From: Moniliella sp. 'wahieum'
Lineage: Eukaryota
NCBI GenBank assembly: GCA_003971905.1
Contig: RSEE01000034.1
Coordinates: 248,001 to 312,000 of the forward strand
DNA: 64,000 bases
Direction of reading: 5' to 3'
Below the pieces are notes generated by a model that had not been told where the DNA came from, did not search any database, and was given only the letters and a program-made list of their open reading frames with translations. The first letter of the stretch is position 1, and each line of letters starts with the position of its first letter. Positions 24,901 through 37,256 of the stretch are shown here, piece by piece. A program made the position numbers and the translations under genes.

Positions 24901-26702
24901 TCGAGATGTAAAGCGAGATGGGAACAATGTTTTGGAAGGTAATCAGTCCGTTTCCAAAGGTAACCAAGCCATTGAGATGGGGATTGTCGTCATCATAGAT
25001 CGCGCGGAACTCCCAGTAGGCATTCCGGTTGAAGTAGTACACTTCCAAAACCGAGTCGACGATTGCGCACACCACGCACATAATCGCCAGCACAATCAGG
25101 TTAAAGTAGACCATGGGATTCATCTTCTGTTCCACCTGGCCACGCTTCGAAGGAGTGTTGCCCGAGTTGGCAACGATCTTGGTATCCGCGCCAGTCATGA
25201 GCACTACCCCCACCACCCACTCCGTGTTGCGCAGCGCTGTGCCACGCAGCAAGATCTGGTTGATGTTGATCGGAACACGCATGCGGTTGCCTTCACGATC
25301 AAGACGGTCGTTGAGAGTAAGGTAGCCATTGAGTTTGTACAGGTTGGTGTCCTGCGGCTCAACGTCAATTTGCATATCTGCGTGGGTGCACGCTTCGGCG
25401 TCACGAAGGTGGGACAGTTGCGGCACAGCCTGACGGGATTTGAGGTTGGTTTCGCCGTCCAAATTCTTGGTTTCGATTGAGCACGTGTCCTCCTCCTCGC
25501 TTGTGGCGCAGATCAGGACATCGGCAGGGATAAACTCGTTGTTGCGGAGCTTGATAAAATCACCCACCGCTACATCCTCCCACCTCCGCGTCTTCCAACG
25601 TGGCGCCCGGCGCGCCCAGTAGTCCCGAACTTCATCGGGCTGCAACTGCCGTCCATGGTGGAATACGGTGCCGTCAGTATGCACCTCGTATGCGCTGCCC
25701 CCATGGCCTGCCTCGGAAAGGGAGCCACGACTGGTTGCCATACTGGATCGTGGGCCAACAGCAGGGCCGGCAGGAAAATCCCCTCCCGGACCAGCGATGG
25801 GTGGCTGGGAAGCTTCGAGGGAAACTCGCTGGCTGCCACTCGCATCCGACATGGCGCCGTCCGACATGCTTGCCCTGGAGCGCGAGGCGGCAGCAACCAT
25901 CTGGTTTTTGCGCTTGGTTCCGCCCAACCAACGGTTGTTGAACGCATGCCAGTACGACGAAAGCGATCGACCCTTGCCCTCCATCAGGTTGGGGTTGATC
26001 CATCCGCCACCGACGAGAATCTTGGTGTGGTCCCGGTTGATAAGGCGGTCGCTTTGGTGGCGCTTCAGGTCTTCGTACCCGTCCTTGATCAGCACGAGGG
26101 CAAGCACAACCAAAAGCGGCAACATGGCCACACCCGGCGAAATGGTAGAGAACTTGGGGAAGAACTGGAGGATAACGAGAACTGCAAGAGGGTAGGGCAG
26201 GGGGGGGGTCAGGAAGGCGCAGGACGCGGCATGGTGGGGCGCAAAGCACGTACGCAAGAAGAAAAGGTTGGCCACGCGACGGAACTGTTCGAGGAGGTTC
26301 TTAAAGACAAAGTTGTAGACAGTATACTTGGCGGTGAGGATTTGGTTGGTGGCGTAGACCCACTCGGGCTTGGGCGTGCGCTTCTTGCCGTGGAAGGCGT
26401 CGTCGGGGAGGGGCTCGTTGAAGTAGATGGTGCGGGCATGGGGCGGCGGGCGTTTCTTGCGGAAGGCGGTTTCGGGGTCGAGGTCGACGGTCTGGATCCA
26501 GCGGCTGGCGCGCACGTACCAGGGCGGGCGGGGGGGCTGGAGGAAGCGGGCTTCGGTGCGGGCAACGCCGGGCTCGCCGTGGAGGGAGAGGGCGTCGTCC
26601 TGGTAGGCGGTGGCGGTGGCGTCGGACCCGCGTGGGTCGGGGCCCAGGGGCGGGCGGTCGCGGATGGGGATGGGGGGCTTGCGGGGGGAGCGACCAGCCC
26701 AT
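21976..26702 (-). CDS. P4-type phospholipid-translocating ATPase (flippase, Dnf1/Dnf2-like)
   Basis: TKNLDGETNLK, LGQIEYIFSDKTGTLTQN, ASSPDEEALV, KGADS, IEDKLQDGVP, TGDKLETA, CCRVSPLQKA, IGDGANDVSMIQ and C-terminal TM helices. Intron at ~26185-26255. Frameshift near 24710. Confidence 0.95.
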
Positions 26703-27729
26703 GGGAGCGAGGGGGGGGGGGGGGGGGGGGGGCGGGGGGGGGAGGTGGTGGAGGGGGGCCGGGGCGTGGCAGACGGAGGGCAGACGGAGTGGCAACCGAG
26801 GCAGACGGAGGCAGACGGAAGGCAGACGGAATGCCAGACACTGCGGCACGTGCCGAGTGGCTGCCGGCGTGGGCGGGCGTTGGGCAGGCTGGCTGGCTGC
26901 GGGCTGCCTCCGCGGTGCGTCTGCATGCATCACAGCATCACACCCCGTCCCTCTCACTCAAATCCACCCCGACAAACACAGCGCACCGCAGCGCCCACGC
27001 GTCCGGCTGCCCCCGCTGCCCCCCGCCAACTCCCCAGGCCCGTCTCCGCGCGCGCTTACCTCAGCTGCCACTGTGGCGCCGTGCCGCAGGGGCCCTGAGC
27101 CAGTCGGCCGCATTCGGGCTGCGGCTGCTACGTCCGCACTGGCGCAGTGCCTCCTGCCCCAAACCCAACCACTGCCCGGCCCCGCCTGCGTCTCCGCGGA
27201 GAGTGCCGTTGCCCAAATCCCGCACGCGCCGACTCGTGGCATGCGGCAGCAGACGCACGTGACATCATCCTAATGCATGGCCGGCGCTACCAACAAGCAT
27301 GGCAAACAAGTGACGTGTTTCTCTGCACGGCGCGTGTGATTGTGCCTGTGATGTAACCCATGCCCAACCCATGCCCATGCCCGTGCACCATCATGTCATC
27401 CCTGTCTCGTCGCCGCCGACGGTTGGCTGGTCCGCTACACTGAGTACGGACTCCGCTGCCGCATCTTGTTGACCTGAGCCGCAGGCCTCAGGGGGCTCGC
27501 AAGCATCAGTGGCCCGCACCCGGCTCGCTCCCCAAGGGGGTCGATTTTGCCATGACCATCTCGCCATCCCCGGTCCGCGCTGGCCTACTGTGCTTCGCTC
27601 CCAAGGCAAAAATCAATCAGCTTCCCACCCCACATACCAGTCCAGAGCAGAGGAGTTTGACTTTGGTGCCCCTGGAGCGAATGCTGGAAAGTGCTTCAGT
27701 GCCGGATCCCCGACCATTCGGTGCTGGAC

Positions 27730-28860
27730 CCCCGTCCCTGTGGCAAGGCACCTGCCATCCGGACTGAAGCAGGCGCAGCGGGAGCCCGCCCAGCAGTGTT
27801 ATCAGCAAGCATGCTACAAAACTATGGTGTTTTCCGTAAGTACTAAGTCGAGGTCGAGGTCCTCTGCCGGTTTTGCATTCTGGCTCTCGACGGAAAAACG
27901 CCCAAAATAACACACTGCCGATCTATGCATGGCATGCACCCGGTTGATCTCCTGTAGCCTGCTTGACCCCCAGGGGTAACCGTCGCAGAAGCGAATCCGT
28001 GTGCTCGATCGTGTGCGCGCTGGGCAATGGCACTTCATGAGCAAGGCAGACATGCATAATTCACATGGCCAGATACGATTTCCATCGCTGTCACCGGACT
28101 TGGGGCAGAAGTACGTGGAACTTGCCCATTCACCTTCTCTCTTGGCCAAAGGTTGGGTTCCAGAGCCGGATCAGAGCACACTGAAAATTACAAGGACGCC
28201 CTTCCGTCAAGTGTATCCAAAACTCCCTCTGGGGGATGGCAGACGCGTCCGTCCCCTGTCTCGCGGCTCGACCGGGGATTAGGTGCGTGGGCGAGCCAGT
28301 GGAGGCCCGACCTCAATAACTCGTTCGGGGCATCCGCTCTCCTTTACGAGACTGCGAGAGAAACCCTTCAGGTTGTGGGCCTGCCAACACTGGGAGTGAG
28401 TTCTTTTCAGAATCTTGAGCAGTGGTTGGTTGGTTGGGGGAGAATTGCATGACTGTGTTGGTGAGTACTGAGAGGAGGGGTGGGGGTTGGAGAATCTGTC
28501 CTGAGCGACGATTTCGGCATGTCTCTTTTCCAAATCGTTGGTGACTCCGACCGACAAGACTCATGCCTGCACCCGGGAGACCATGCGCCCGTCCATCCCG
28601 TCCCTCTGCGAGTGCAACAGGGCGTACCCCTGGTTCGGAACTTTCTTTCAGTTCATTGGTGCCGAGACCCAGGTTCCACTCCAAGGACAGCGCCCTGACG
28701 CCCCTGGCCACTTCGGGCGTGAGCGCGGGGGGGTAGGGCAGCAAGCGGATCGACGAGCATCATACCAGCAGTGGCTGGGAAACATGAGCGAATGTCTTGC
28801 GTCAGTCGATGTATTTTGGCACATGGCCTTTCAGAGTTTGGTCTTCGCTTTGCGCCATGG
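27730..28860 (+). pseudogene. Highly degenerate Ty3/Gypsy RT-RNaseH relic
   Basis: Motif-like segments in the expected order: SRSRSSAGFAF, *PSQKRIRVLDRVRAGQWHFMSKADMHNSHGQIR (cf. YP.P.I..LLD.L.G..FSKLDL..YHQIR), RTPFRQVYPKLPLG (cf. RTPFG.Y..MPFG), PTDKTHA..PSIPSL..WFGTF..PL, ILAHGLSEFGL (cf. TDASD.GL). Recognised by eye only. Confidence 0.5.
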
Positions 28861-29728
28861 AGGCGGAGAGGAGAGAGAAAGGGCTGTGGCAGGTTGGTGA
28901 CACATGGCTGGGTGGGTACCAGTCGTGCCAGGTTTTCTCTGCGTCTCTCGCATCCTTTACTCAGTAGCCGGTACCCAGTGGGCAATCGGCCCCAAGACTG
29001 CTCTCGAGAAAAATATTGCATGCCAGCGCCATATCATTCCTGGTTGGTCGCGAGGCAGTGTCCAGGAGCAGCACTCCCATACTCACACACTACCTGCGGC
29101 CGGGCGAGCGGGATTGGAAAGACGAGGCGCTGGAGCACTTGGTTGCTGCTTGCTGCATGCGCCTGCGCGCGCTCATGCAGTGCCGCCGCATCGGACATGG
29201 GCGTGCTGCGGGAGAGCGCCGGCAGACGCTGCAGGACAGCCCCCTCGGCCGCCTGCGCCCTGCTGCGTCGCGGCGGAGAGACAAGGACGGCCTGCACTGC
29301 CTCCGTGCAGCCAGCGACGCGGGTGGCCGGGGGCCGCATGCAGCCTGGCGCGGCACGGGGCGGCGGCAGCGCAGCACCGCACCGTACAGCACCGCACAGC
29401 ACCGCACTGCACAGCATCGCCGAGCAACCCTAGCGCGTGCTGTTGCATGTTGCGGCGGGGGTGGTGGGGGCGACCGGTGACGCAGCGGCGGCGACGGGTG
29501 AGGCTGCGTCTCGGTGCCTCAATCACGCCGCTGCACGCAGCGCAAGCGCACCAGCCAGCTTGCAGGCGATTGGACTGGCACCGCTCGTGGCCCCGACTCG
29601 CCTCGGCATCCGGCCCCGACGACTGCCCCCGACGCCAGCTAGGACAACTGGACGCTGACTGCGATGGGCAGCTCGTCGGCGGATGTATATGCCATGCCGC
29701 CCGAGCCCCTCCCACACCAGCACGCCCC

Positions 29729-29746
29729 ATGCTCGCCATGCCCTGC

Positions 29747-29784
<38 letters not shown>

Positions 29785-31946
29785 CTGTCCGTCGGCATGC
29801 CTCTGCCCATGTCCGTCGCCGTCCCTCCGCCCGCCCCGGCCCCCGCAGCCACCTCCTCCAGGCCGCGCCCCTCCCCGTCCCCCTCCTCGTCCGACGCCCT
29901 GCCCGCATCCAGCGACGACGACCCCTCGCTCCGCCTCCGCCCGTCCTCCGACACGGCCCGCATCGCCGCCCTCTATGTCTCCACCCCCACCCCCCGCCCC
30001 GGGTACGAGAGCCACGACGGCTATCCCTTCCCAGCCCCTGCCCCTGCTCCTGCTCCTGCTCCTGCCCGTCCTCCTTCCATCTCGGCCATCTCCGCTTCCT
30101 CACCTGCCCCCTCCGCTTCGAGCCAGACCCTGGACGCACCAGAGCCCGCGCCAGAGCCTGCGCCTGCGCCCGTACCAGCATCGCAGCCGCCGCCCCACCT
30201 TCTCCCCCGCGCTGGCAGCTCCTCTGCATCTGCCCTGTGGGCCCGGCAGTTCCGGGCGCCCCCGTGGGTACGCTACCGCTTGCCCATCCTAGCCAGCCGC
30301 CTGCGTCGCCCACATGCAGCACGTTGGCCCGTCGTTCGGACTCGATCTACTCGGTTGCCCCCAGCGAGTCCTCGACGGTCTCCATGGGCGGTCTGAGCAA
30401 CGTCTCGGGCATCTCGGGGCTCTCGGGCTATGCGTGGCCGCATGGTTCTCCCACGCCCATAGCCGACTTGCACCGCACCGCCTCCCCCTCGTATGGCTCC
30501 TCGGCCTACGCCTCGCCCCCAGTCCCATACCTCCATCCCTTGGTTCCCTCCGCCGGGTATGGCGGGCCGTATGCGGGCCAGTACGGGCAGTACGACTGGT
30601 CCAACCCCACCTACAACCGCATCTGTCCCGCTCCAGTATGGGCAGTCGCGTTGGCAGCGATGCTGGTCCTGCGCCGCCGGCTCTGCCCATGGCCCGGGCC
30701 CGGCGGCCAGCTACGCAGCCAGCTGCACCAGTGCCCGCACCTCTTCCTCGGGGCGCAAAGCGGCTGCGCCTGCTGCGCCCACCAAGCTGCCGATGACCAA
30801 AGCGTTCGTCGCTGACTATCGAGCTCGGATGGCAGTCGAGCCAGATGCCGAGGCGCAGTTTGCCTATGTCCAGTACCTCATCGAGGCTGCGCGCACCATT
30901 GCCGATCCGCTCGACTCGGCCAAGGCCCAGCGACGCTTCCGCGACGCACTGCTGGCCGAAGCGGTTAAGCGACTGAAAAAGTTAGCCCAGGGCACCCTCA
31001 CCACCACCGGCGCGCGGCGGCGTACATCCCATCCGCCCGTATGGCGAAGCCCAGTTCCTGCTGGCCACCTGCTATGGCAATGGTTCCTTGGGCTTATCGG
31101 TGGACCACGAAAAGGCGTACCGCCTCTACGTCCAGGCCTCGAAGCAGAACCATGCCGCCGCGACCTACCGCACTGCCGTCTGCTCCGAGGTGGGCGCCGG
31201 GACGCGCAAGGACGCAGCGCGCGCCATCTTGTTTTATCGCAAGGCGTGCGCGCTGGGCGACACGGCCGGCATGTACAAGATGGGTATGATCCTGTTACAA
31301 GGCTTGCTGGGGCAGGCCAAGGATCCGCGCGACGGCGTTGTTGGCTGCGCCGCGCGCCGAGCAAGCGGATCGGGCGCACCCGTATGCGGTTCATGCGCTG
31401 GCCCAGCTGTACGAAAAAAAGACGGCGGTCAATGGGACGGCGGGGGAGATTGGCCAGGACCACGGGATGGCTCGCGCACTCTACCTACAAGGTGCTCGGC
31501 TGGGCTACGCGCCGTCCCAGACGAGAATTGCGGCGGCGCTGGAGCATGGCTCGCTGGCTGGGCCCAAGGACCTGCGAGCGGCACGGAAATGGTATGTGCT
31601 GGCTGCACGGCAGGGCGAACCGGCGGCGGAACTGGCCTTGTCCGGATGGAGTTTAACGGGGGTGAGCGAAGGCGAGGGCGAGGAGCTGTGGCCGCAGAAC
31701 GATGCGGAAGCACTTGCGTATGCCTTGCGCGCCGCCGCACGCTCCTATGCCAAGGCTGAGTATGCGACGGGGTACTACTATGAGGTGGGCATTGGCGTTG
31801 CGGCGTCGCTGGACGAGGCTAAGAAGTGGTACGCGCGGGCGGCATCCCGAGGCGACAAGCGTGCAGCGCAACGCCTAGCCGATATCAAGAGCGGTAAGCT
31901 CGTGCCGGCTCGCAAGGATGCAGAGAAAGAATGTGTTGTCATGTGA
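29729..31946 (+). CDS. SKT5: Chitin synthase activator Skt5/Chs4 (Sel1-like repeats, C-terminal CaaX); start uncertain
   Basis: YRARMAVEPDAEAQFAYVQYLIEAA; DHEKAYRLYVQASKQNHAAATYRTAVCSEVGAGTRKD; AELALSGW; AEYATGYYYEVGIG; ends ECVVM-stop (prenylation motif). Pro/Ser-rich N-terminus with an (ATGCCC)n tract. Confidence 0.88.
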
Positions 31947-32603
31947 GATGTGAGATGCCATGGCCGTTCCTGTGAGCTGGCAGTGTTTCGCACCCGAAGC
32001 TTGCAGCTCAATCACTCATTGAATTTGTACTTGTACCTTGTGTCCCATCGTGTCGTGAACAGCTCTCTTACCTGCACTTCATGCCCCCACCAGTAAGGAG
32101 TGGGAAGGACGAGGGGCGGGCAATGCGCAGTCTGCGTGTCAGGACGGTACGACCGACCAACCCCAATTTCCCGGCTGCCCCCACAGTTCATTCTACCTTG
32201 GTTACGTGGCGCCTCGAGTGTCGCTGGTTGGTTGGCAGGTTGGTTCGTTGGTTGGGTGGGTGGATGCAGCTACCTTCCTTTCGTGCGTTGCGGCCAATAG
32301 ATCCAGGCTCCTCGCTCAACAGACCAAGTTCCCTCGGAAACGCCGACGCGTCTGTACCAGAAGAACGCCCCGCCCCCCCCCCCACCCCTATGTTATCAAT
32401 GGAAACCAAGCTTAACATGTACGACGGTGCTCCTTTCCCTCCTGCTCGGGGCCCAAGAAGAAAATGTCATGGTTGTCTAGCGCGGTGACCACTAGGTAGA
32501 GGGAAAAAAAAGCCAAAGCCTCCATCGCCACTGTGAGATTCTGGGTGTGCATCAAGGATGCCAACAGATGAATGGGATGATCTTTTTAAGGGAGCGTGGT
32601 GCG

Positions 32604-33884
32604 CTACGTTGCGCCGACGACGACGCGCCTGCTGCTGGGAGAGAGAGGCGAGCTGCTCAAGGGCGGTCGGAGTGTTGGCCGATTCGATTGTAGCAGCGAG
32701 TTGGGACCAGGCAGGGTGCGAGCGCGGCCAGCGGACCGGGTACGAGTCGAGGGGCAGGCGGGTTGTACTCTTCCTTTGTCCTGACATTGGGCATGGGCCC
32801 GTGGGCAATGAGGCCAGGCAGGTACTTGGCATGGAACGGGTCTGGGCAGCAGCGAGACCGTGATGGTGGTACACGGCGCCCTCAGTGCCTCCACGGCCAC
32901 ACCACGGATCCGCCAGAAATACGTCGCACGCTTCGCCAATCGTCTGCGGACGATAGGCCCATCCGGGCAAAAAGGGGCCAGTGGGAAGCGGGATGCCTTC
33001 GGGCCCGCCTTGGGCGCGCACCTGCGCCTCGTATGCCTCGACAGCAGGATACGTGTCCTGCATCAGCTGCCCCATGCTGGGTGTGATGTGTTTCGGGGAC
33101 CAGCGCAGCCCTCCTCCAGGTGCAGGTGCTCGCCACCGAGCCACCGAGATGAAGCGTGTTGAGCAGCACATCGTACGGCCGCGATGGAGGCGGCGCCGCA
33201 CCTCCGCGCTTTTCCGTAACGGTGACCCAGGTGGAGGAGAGTGTATCGTTCGGCTCATAGAACAGTTGCGACACCTCTTCGCGTTGTTGCAACGCCGCCT
33301 CGTCCACCCCGGGGGGCAAGTGCGAATGAAAAAAAACATGGCCATCAGCATCTTGAGCACCTTGCGCCCGACAAACGTGAGCCGACGGTGTGGCCGGCAA
33401 AGCTCGTGCCGTACTTCCAGGACTCGTGGGTGATCGCCTGGGCAGCAAGCACAGGGGGAGCGGCAGACCCACAATCTTCTCCACCGCAGCAAGCATCGCA
33501 TCCGTCTGGGTGGGGGGTAATACGCGGGACCATGGGCAGCGGCTTGCGTTTCAACCCAAGTCCTTCAGCAGCCCTGGCCCTGCTCCGCCACGCGCGCCAG
33601 CTCGAGACGCACCGCCAGCCGACGACTGGAGCGCAGCGCCGCCGGGTCCAGGTCGTGCGCTTCAAAGTCCATGCCGCTACCGGCCGGGCCGGCGGGGGGG
33701 GGCGTGGCGGGCGGCAGGTCGAGCGGAGGGGGGCTCAGCGGCCGTCACATCGGGCCTCGACGGCAGCTCGTGCGCAGACGCGCGGACGGGGCCCGGCGTG
33801 GGACGAGACGGGACGGACGAGGCGCCGGGACAGGTCCAATGGCCTCCCGCGCGCGCGGGGGGCCAGCGCCAGCGCACGCATCAT
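32604..33884 (-). CDS. MRPL15: Mitochondrial ribosomal protein mL57 (RNase III-like fold); frameshifted
   Basis: Arg-rich presequence MMRALALAPRARGRPLDLSRRLVRPVSS; AQAITHESWKYG..RRLTFVGRKVLKM; LLNTLHLGGSVA..LRWSP; RIRGVAVEAL.GAVYHHHG. These resemble the degenerate RNase III motifs of fungal mL57. Confidence 0.65.
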
Positions 33885-35213
33885 GGTAGCGTCCACGAAG
33901 AAGAAACCAGCTCGGCCGGCGTCGGAAGACCAGCTGGGCGGAACACGGGCGGAATAATACACCGCAGCCTGCGCCCTACCGCTGACTGTCACCCGTGGGT
34001 TGCACCGGCGCCCCCGCATCATGCATCCCTACTCACTGCGCCACTGCGCCACTGCCCCCGTGCCCGGGCCTCGCATTCCCTGCATGAAACATGAATATTG
34101 TCAACAACCACCCCATCCACCCCCCACTGTCGGCCCCATATAGCTACTTGCTTCTCCACGCATCCTGCCTACGGTTTCTCAGATATGTTTGCCTCAATCT
34201 GTGACAGTACTGACGCTCAACTCCACTACCAGCAATGCCGGTTTGGCTGATGGGTTAGCAAAATAATGACGAGAAGACATCAGAAGCGTGTCAGTCTGAG
34301 AGCACGATCAACGTTCAAGCCGCCGGTGGCTTCAGAGCATTGCCTCGCCTAACTCAGGCGAGGCAAGTGCCCGTGAAGCTTGAAGCTTGAATTTGCGACG
34401 GGAAAACGGCCATGTGATAACGGCCAGACCCAGCTGTACTGTCGGCAGTGAAAAAGAGCGGTGGATCAAGGTCATTGTCAAAGTAGAGACGCTGAAAGAA
34501 CTAAAAGTAGGTCAGCCGAGGGGCAAAAGTTTTTGTCTTAGGATCAGACTCCAGCAAACGCAAATGAAAGTCTTTTTGCTCCAGGGCGGTGGTGAGAAAC
34601 CCGTTGACGGCGTGGCCATCCTGCTGGTATGAATAAGCAAGCTGTGTTCATTGCATGGACATGGGCAGTGGGACTTTTGACCAAGTGGTTAAGCGACCTC
34701 TTAGAAGTGGGGAAGACAAGAGCTATATGGTTATTCTTCGGGAATGAAAGAGGATACTTCTTGCAACGGTGATATCGGCATACCTGATGAGCCCTGTGCT
34801 GCAAGATGGCGAGCACGAGGTGAGTACGATGCATCGCGGTCGGTGCATGGCTGGCTGGGCATCGTCATCATAATTCGGGAAGGATGAGGCGGGCTCTTGT
34901 AAGAGCTACTAAACGAGGCACTTTCGGCGGGGCCGATCAGGAGGTGGGCAATATTATGCCAAGGCGGTGGCAGTTCCGCCCGGTATCGCCCCGTTCCGCC
35001 CTGGGGGCCAGGGCAGTTCTGAAAGGTTCAGGACAGTGGCGCCTGCGGGCTGGCTGGCGGCCACGTGGAAGGTCTGCGATGCGTGGCGTGCCACGTGGCT
35101 GCGGCCAGGCTGTCGGGCCAGAAGGCCCGCACGATCGACGGGCAACGCGGCCGGGGGTAACGGCTATTTATACGCCGCTTCTCTGCCTCGCTCTTCCACC
35201 CCACCCGTTGGCC

Positions 35214-36831
35214 ATGTCGGCCTCTTCCACCGCGCTCCCCGCCCAGCAGAAGACGCAGAACGGCGACGTGCGTGCGCGGAATGCCGAGGAGGCCAAGCTG
35301 CTTTCCAGCGACAAGGCCGAGACGTACAATGCGGTTCTGCCCGAAGACGCGCCTGCGGGCCCGCTGAGCAAGCAGGACCGCGATGCGATCATTCTCTTGG
35401 TCGTCTTGTACTTTGTCCAGGGCATTCCCGTCGGTCTTGCATTTGGCACAATGCCGTTCCTACTCAAGACCAAGCTGTCGTATAGCGACATTGGCTTGTT
35501 CAGTCTCTGCACCTGGCCCTACAGCCTCAAGCTGCTCTGGAGCCCGCTCGTCGACTCTCTCTTCCTCTCCCGCTTGGGCCCTTTCTCTCTGGCCGACGCA
35601 AGACGTGGATTGTGCCCACCCAACTTCTCTTTGGCGTGCTGCTTGCTTGGACTTGGCTCTCGTGTGGAGGCGCTGCTGGCGCTGCCTGTGCGCCCGTCGG
35701 AGCGATCACCGCACTGTTTTTCACCTGGTTCTTGTCGCTACGCAGGACATTGCGGTGGATGGGTGGGCGCTGACGCTGCTCAGTCAAGATTCGTTGAGCT
35801 ATGCGTCGACGGCGCAAACGGTCGGGCTGAATACGGGGTACTTTCTTTCCTTTACCGTTTTTGGCGCTCAATTCGGTCGAGTTTGGCAACAAGTGGTTAC
35901 GTTCGGTTCCGAGCGACGAACCAGTCTTGTCCTTGGCCACGTACCTGCACGTGACGGGCATCATTTGTCTGGTGGTGACGACATGGCTTCTCTTTTTCAA
36001 GACGGAAGCTGCCGAGAGCGAGTCGGAGGAGATGGGGGTGAAAGATGTGTACGAGCAAATGAGCTCGATTGTACGGTTGGACCATGTGCGCCAATTCCTC
36101 GTGGTGCATCTTGTGAGTAAGATTGGGTTCCAAGCCAACGAGGCGGTGACGGGGCTCAAGTTGGTGGAAAAGGGGTTTGGCAAAGAAGATTTGGCCTTGG
36201 CCGTCTTGCTGGATTTCCCGTTACAAATTGTGCTGGGGTACTTGGCCGCCAAGTATTCGCGCGGCAGCTCGGCCTTGTCGCCTTGGCTGGGTGGGTTTGT
36301 GGGGCGGTTGGTGTGTGCGGCGATTTCGGCACTGGTGGTGCGCTGGTTACCTTCACCGGTAGGAGTCGGGTACTGGATGTTGATTCTGCTCACTACGATC
36401 GCCGGCTCGTTTGCCAACACGATCCAGTTTGTGGGCATCTCGGCGTTCCATACCCAAATTGCGGATCCGGCCATTGGTGGGACCTACATGACCTTGCTCA
36501 ACACCGTGTCCAATTTGGGCGGTACGTGGCCGCGGCCGCTGTGCTCAAGGCGGTGGATGCGCTGACCGTGTCGCACTGTCACTTGCCTCCGGACCCGTTG
36601 GCGCTCCATCTGAGCCCGCACCTCGGTGGCGAATGCACGTCGGACGAAGGCTTGGCTACCTGCCTCGCGCTCGAGGGCACATGCAAGATCGAACAGGATG
36701 GCTACTACACCACCACTGCCCTCTGCATCTTGGTGGGCACAGTGACGCTGCTGTTGTATGTGGCGCCTGTGGCTCGCAAGTTGCAAGCGCTGCCCGCATC
36801 GGCGTGGCGGGTGAGCCAAAAGAACGACTAA
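35214..36831 (+). CDS. Acetyl-CoA transporter (AT-1/SLC33A1 family, MFS)
   Basis: LLVVLYFVQGIPVGLAFG; WPYSLKLLWSPLVDS; ATQDIAVDGWALTLL; YASTAQTVGLNTGYFLSFT; AFHTQIADPAIGGTYMTLLNTVSNLGGTWPR; DGYY. Confidence 0.93.
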
Positions 36832-37256
36832 GGCGTGCGGTGCTTTATTGGCGTTGGGTCGACTGCCGCTCACGTGCGGCCTGGCTGGTCAATCGACCCG
36901 TTCAACGCAACTGAACTGATGGGCCCAGGTGATGCGTAGGGGCTCCCTCCCCATCGCCATTCCAGTAGTAGTAGTATAATATTCTTTTGCCCCATGTGTC
37001 TTTTTCTGTGTTCGCTGGGCCAACAACCCACTCACTCCACTCACTCCACTCCGACACTACACCACCACCACCCCAACACACACCATTTCTTTTCCTTCTC
37101 GATCCATTAGACACATACACATAGAAGCTCTGTCCCGCTACTGGGATCTGTGCAAGGTGGATACAGCCGCCACGAAAGGTGTTGCCGGATGATGCTCGAC
37201 GACGGAAACCTGGGGCTGAACATGAACGTGGGTGGGGGGGGGGAGGGGGAGGCGGC

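Noticed and set aside
25655..27262. 535-aa plus-strand ORF and similar long antisense ORFs
   Set aside because: These are antisense shadows of GC-rich genes (here the flippase), with no motifs.
34100..34900. Short ORFs between mL57 and the acetyl-CoA transporter
   Set aside because: No recognisable motif, so treated as intergenic or unidentifiable debris.
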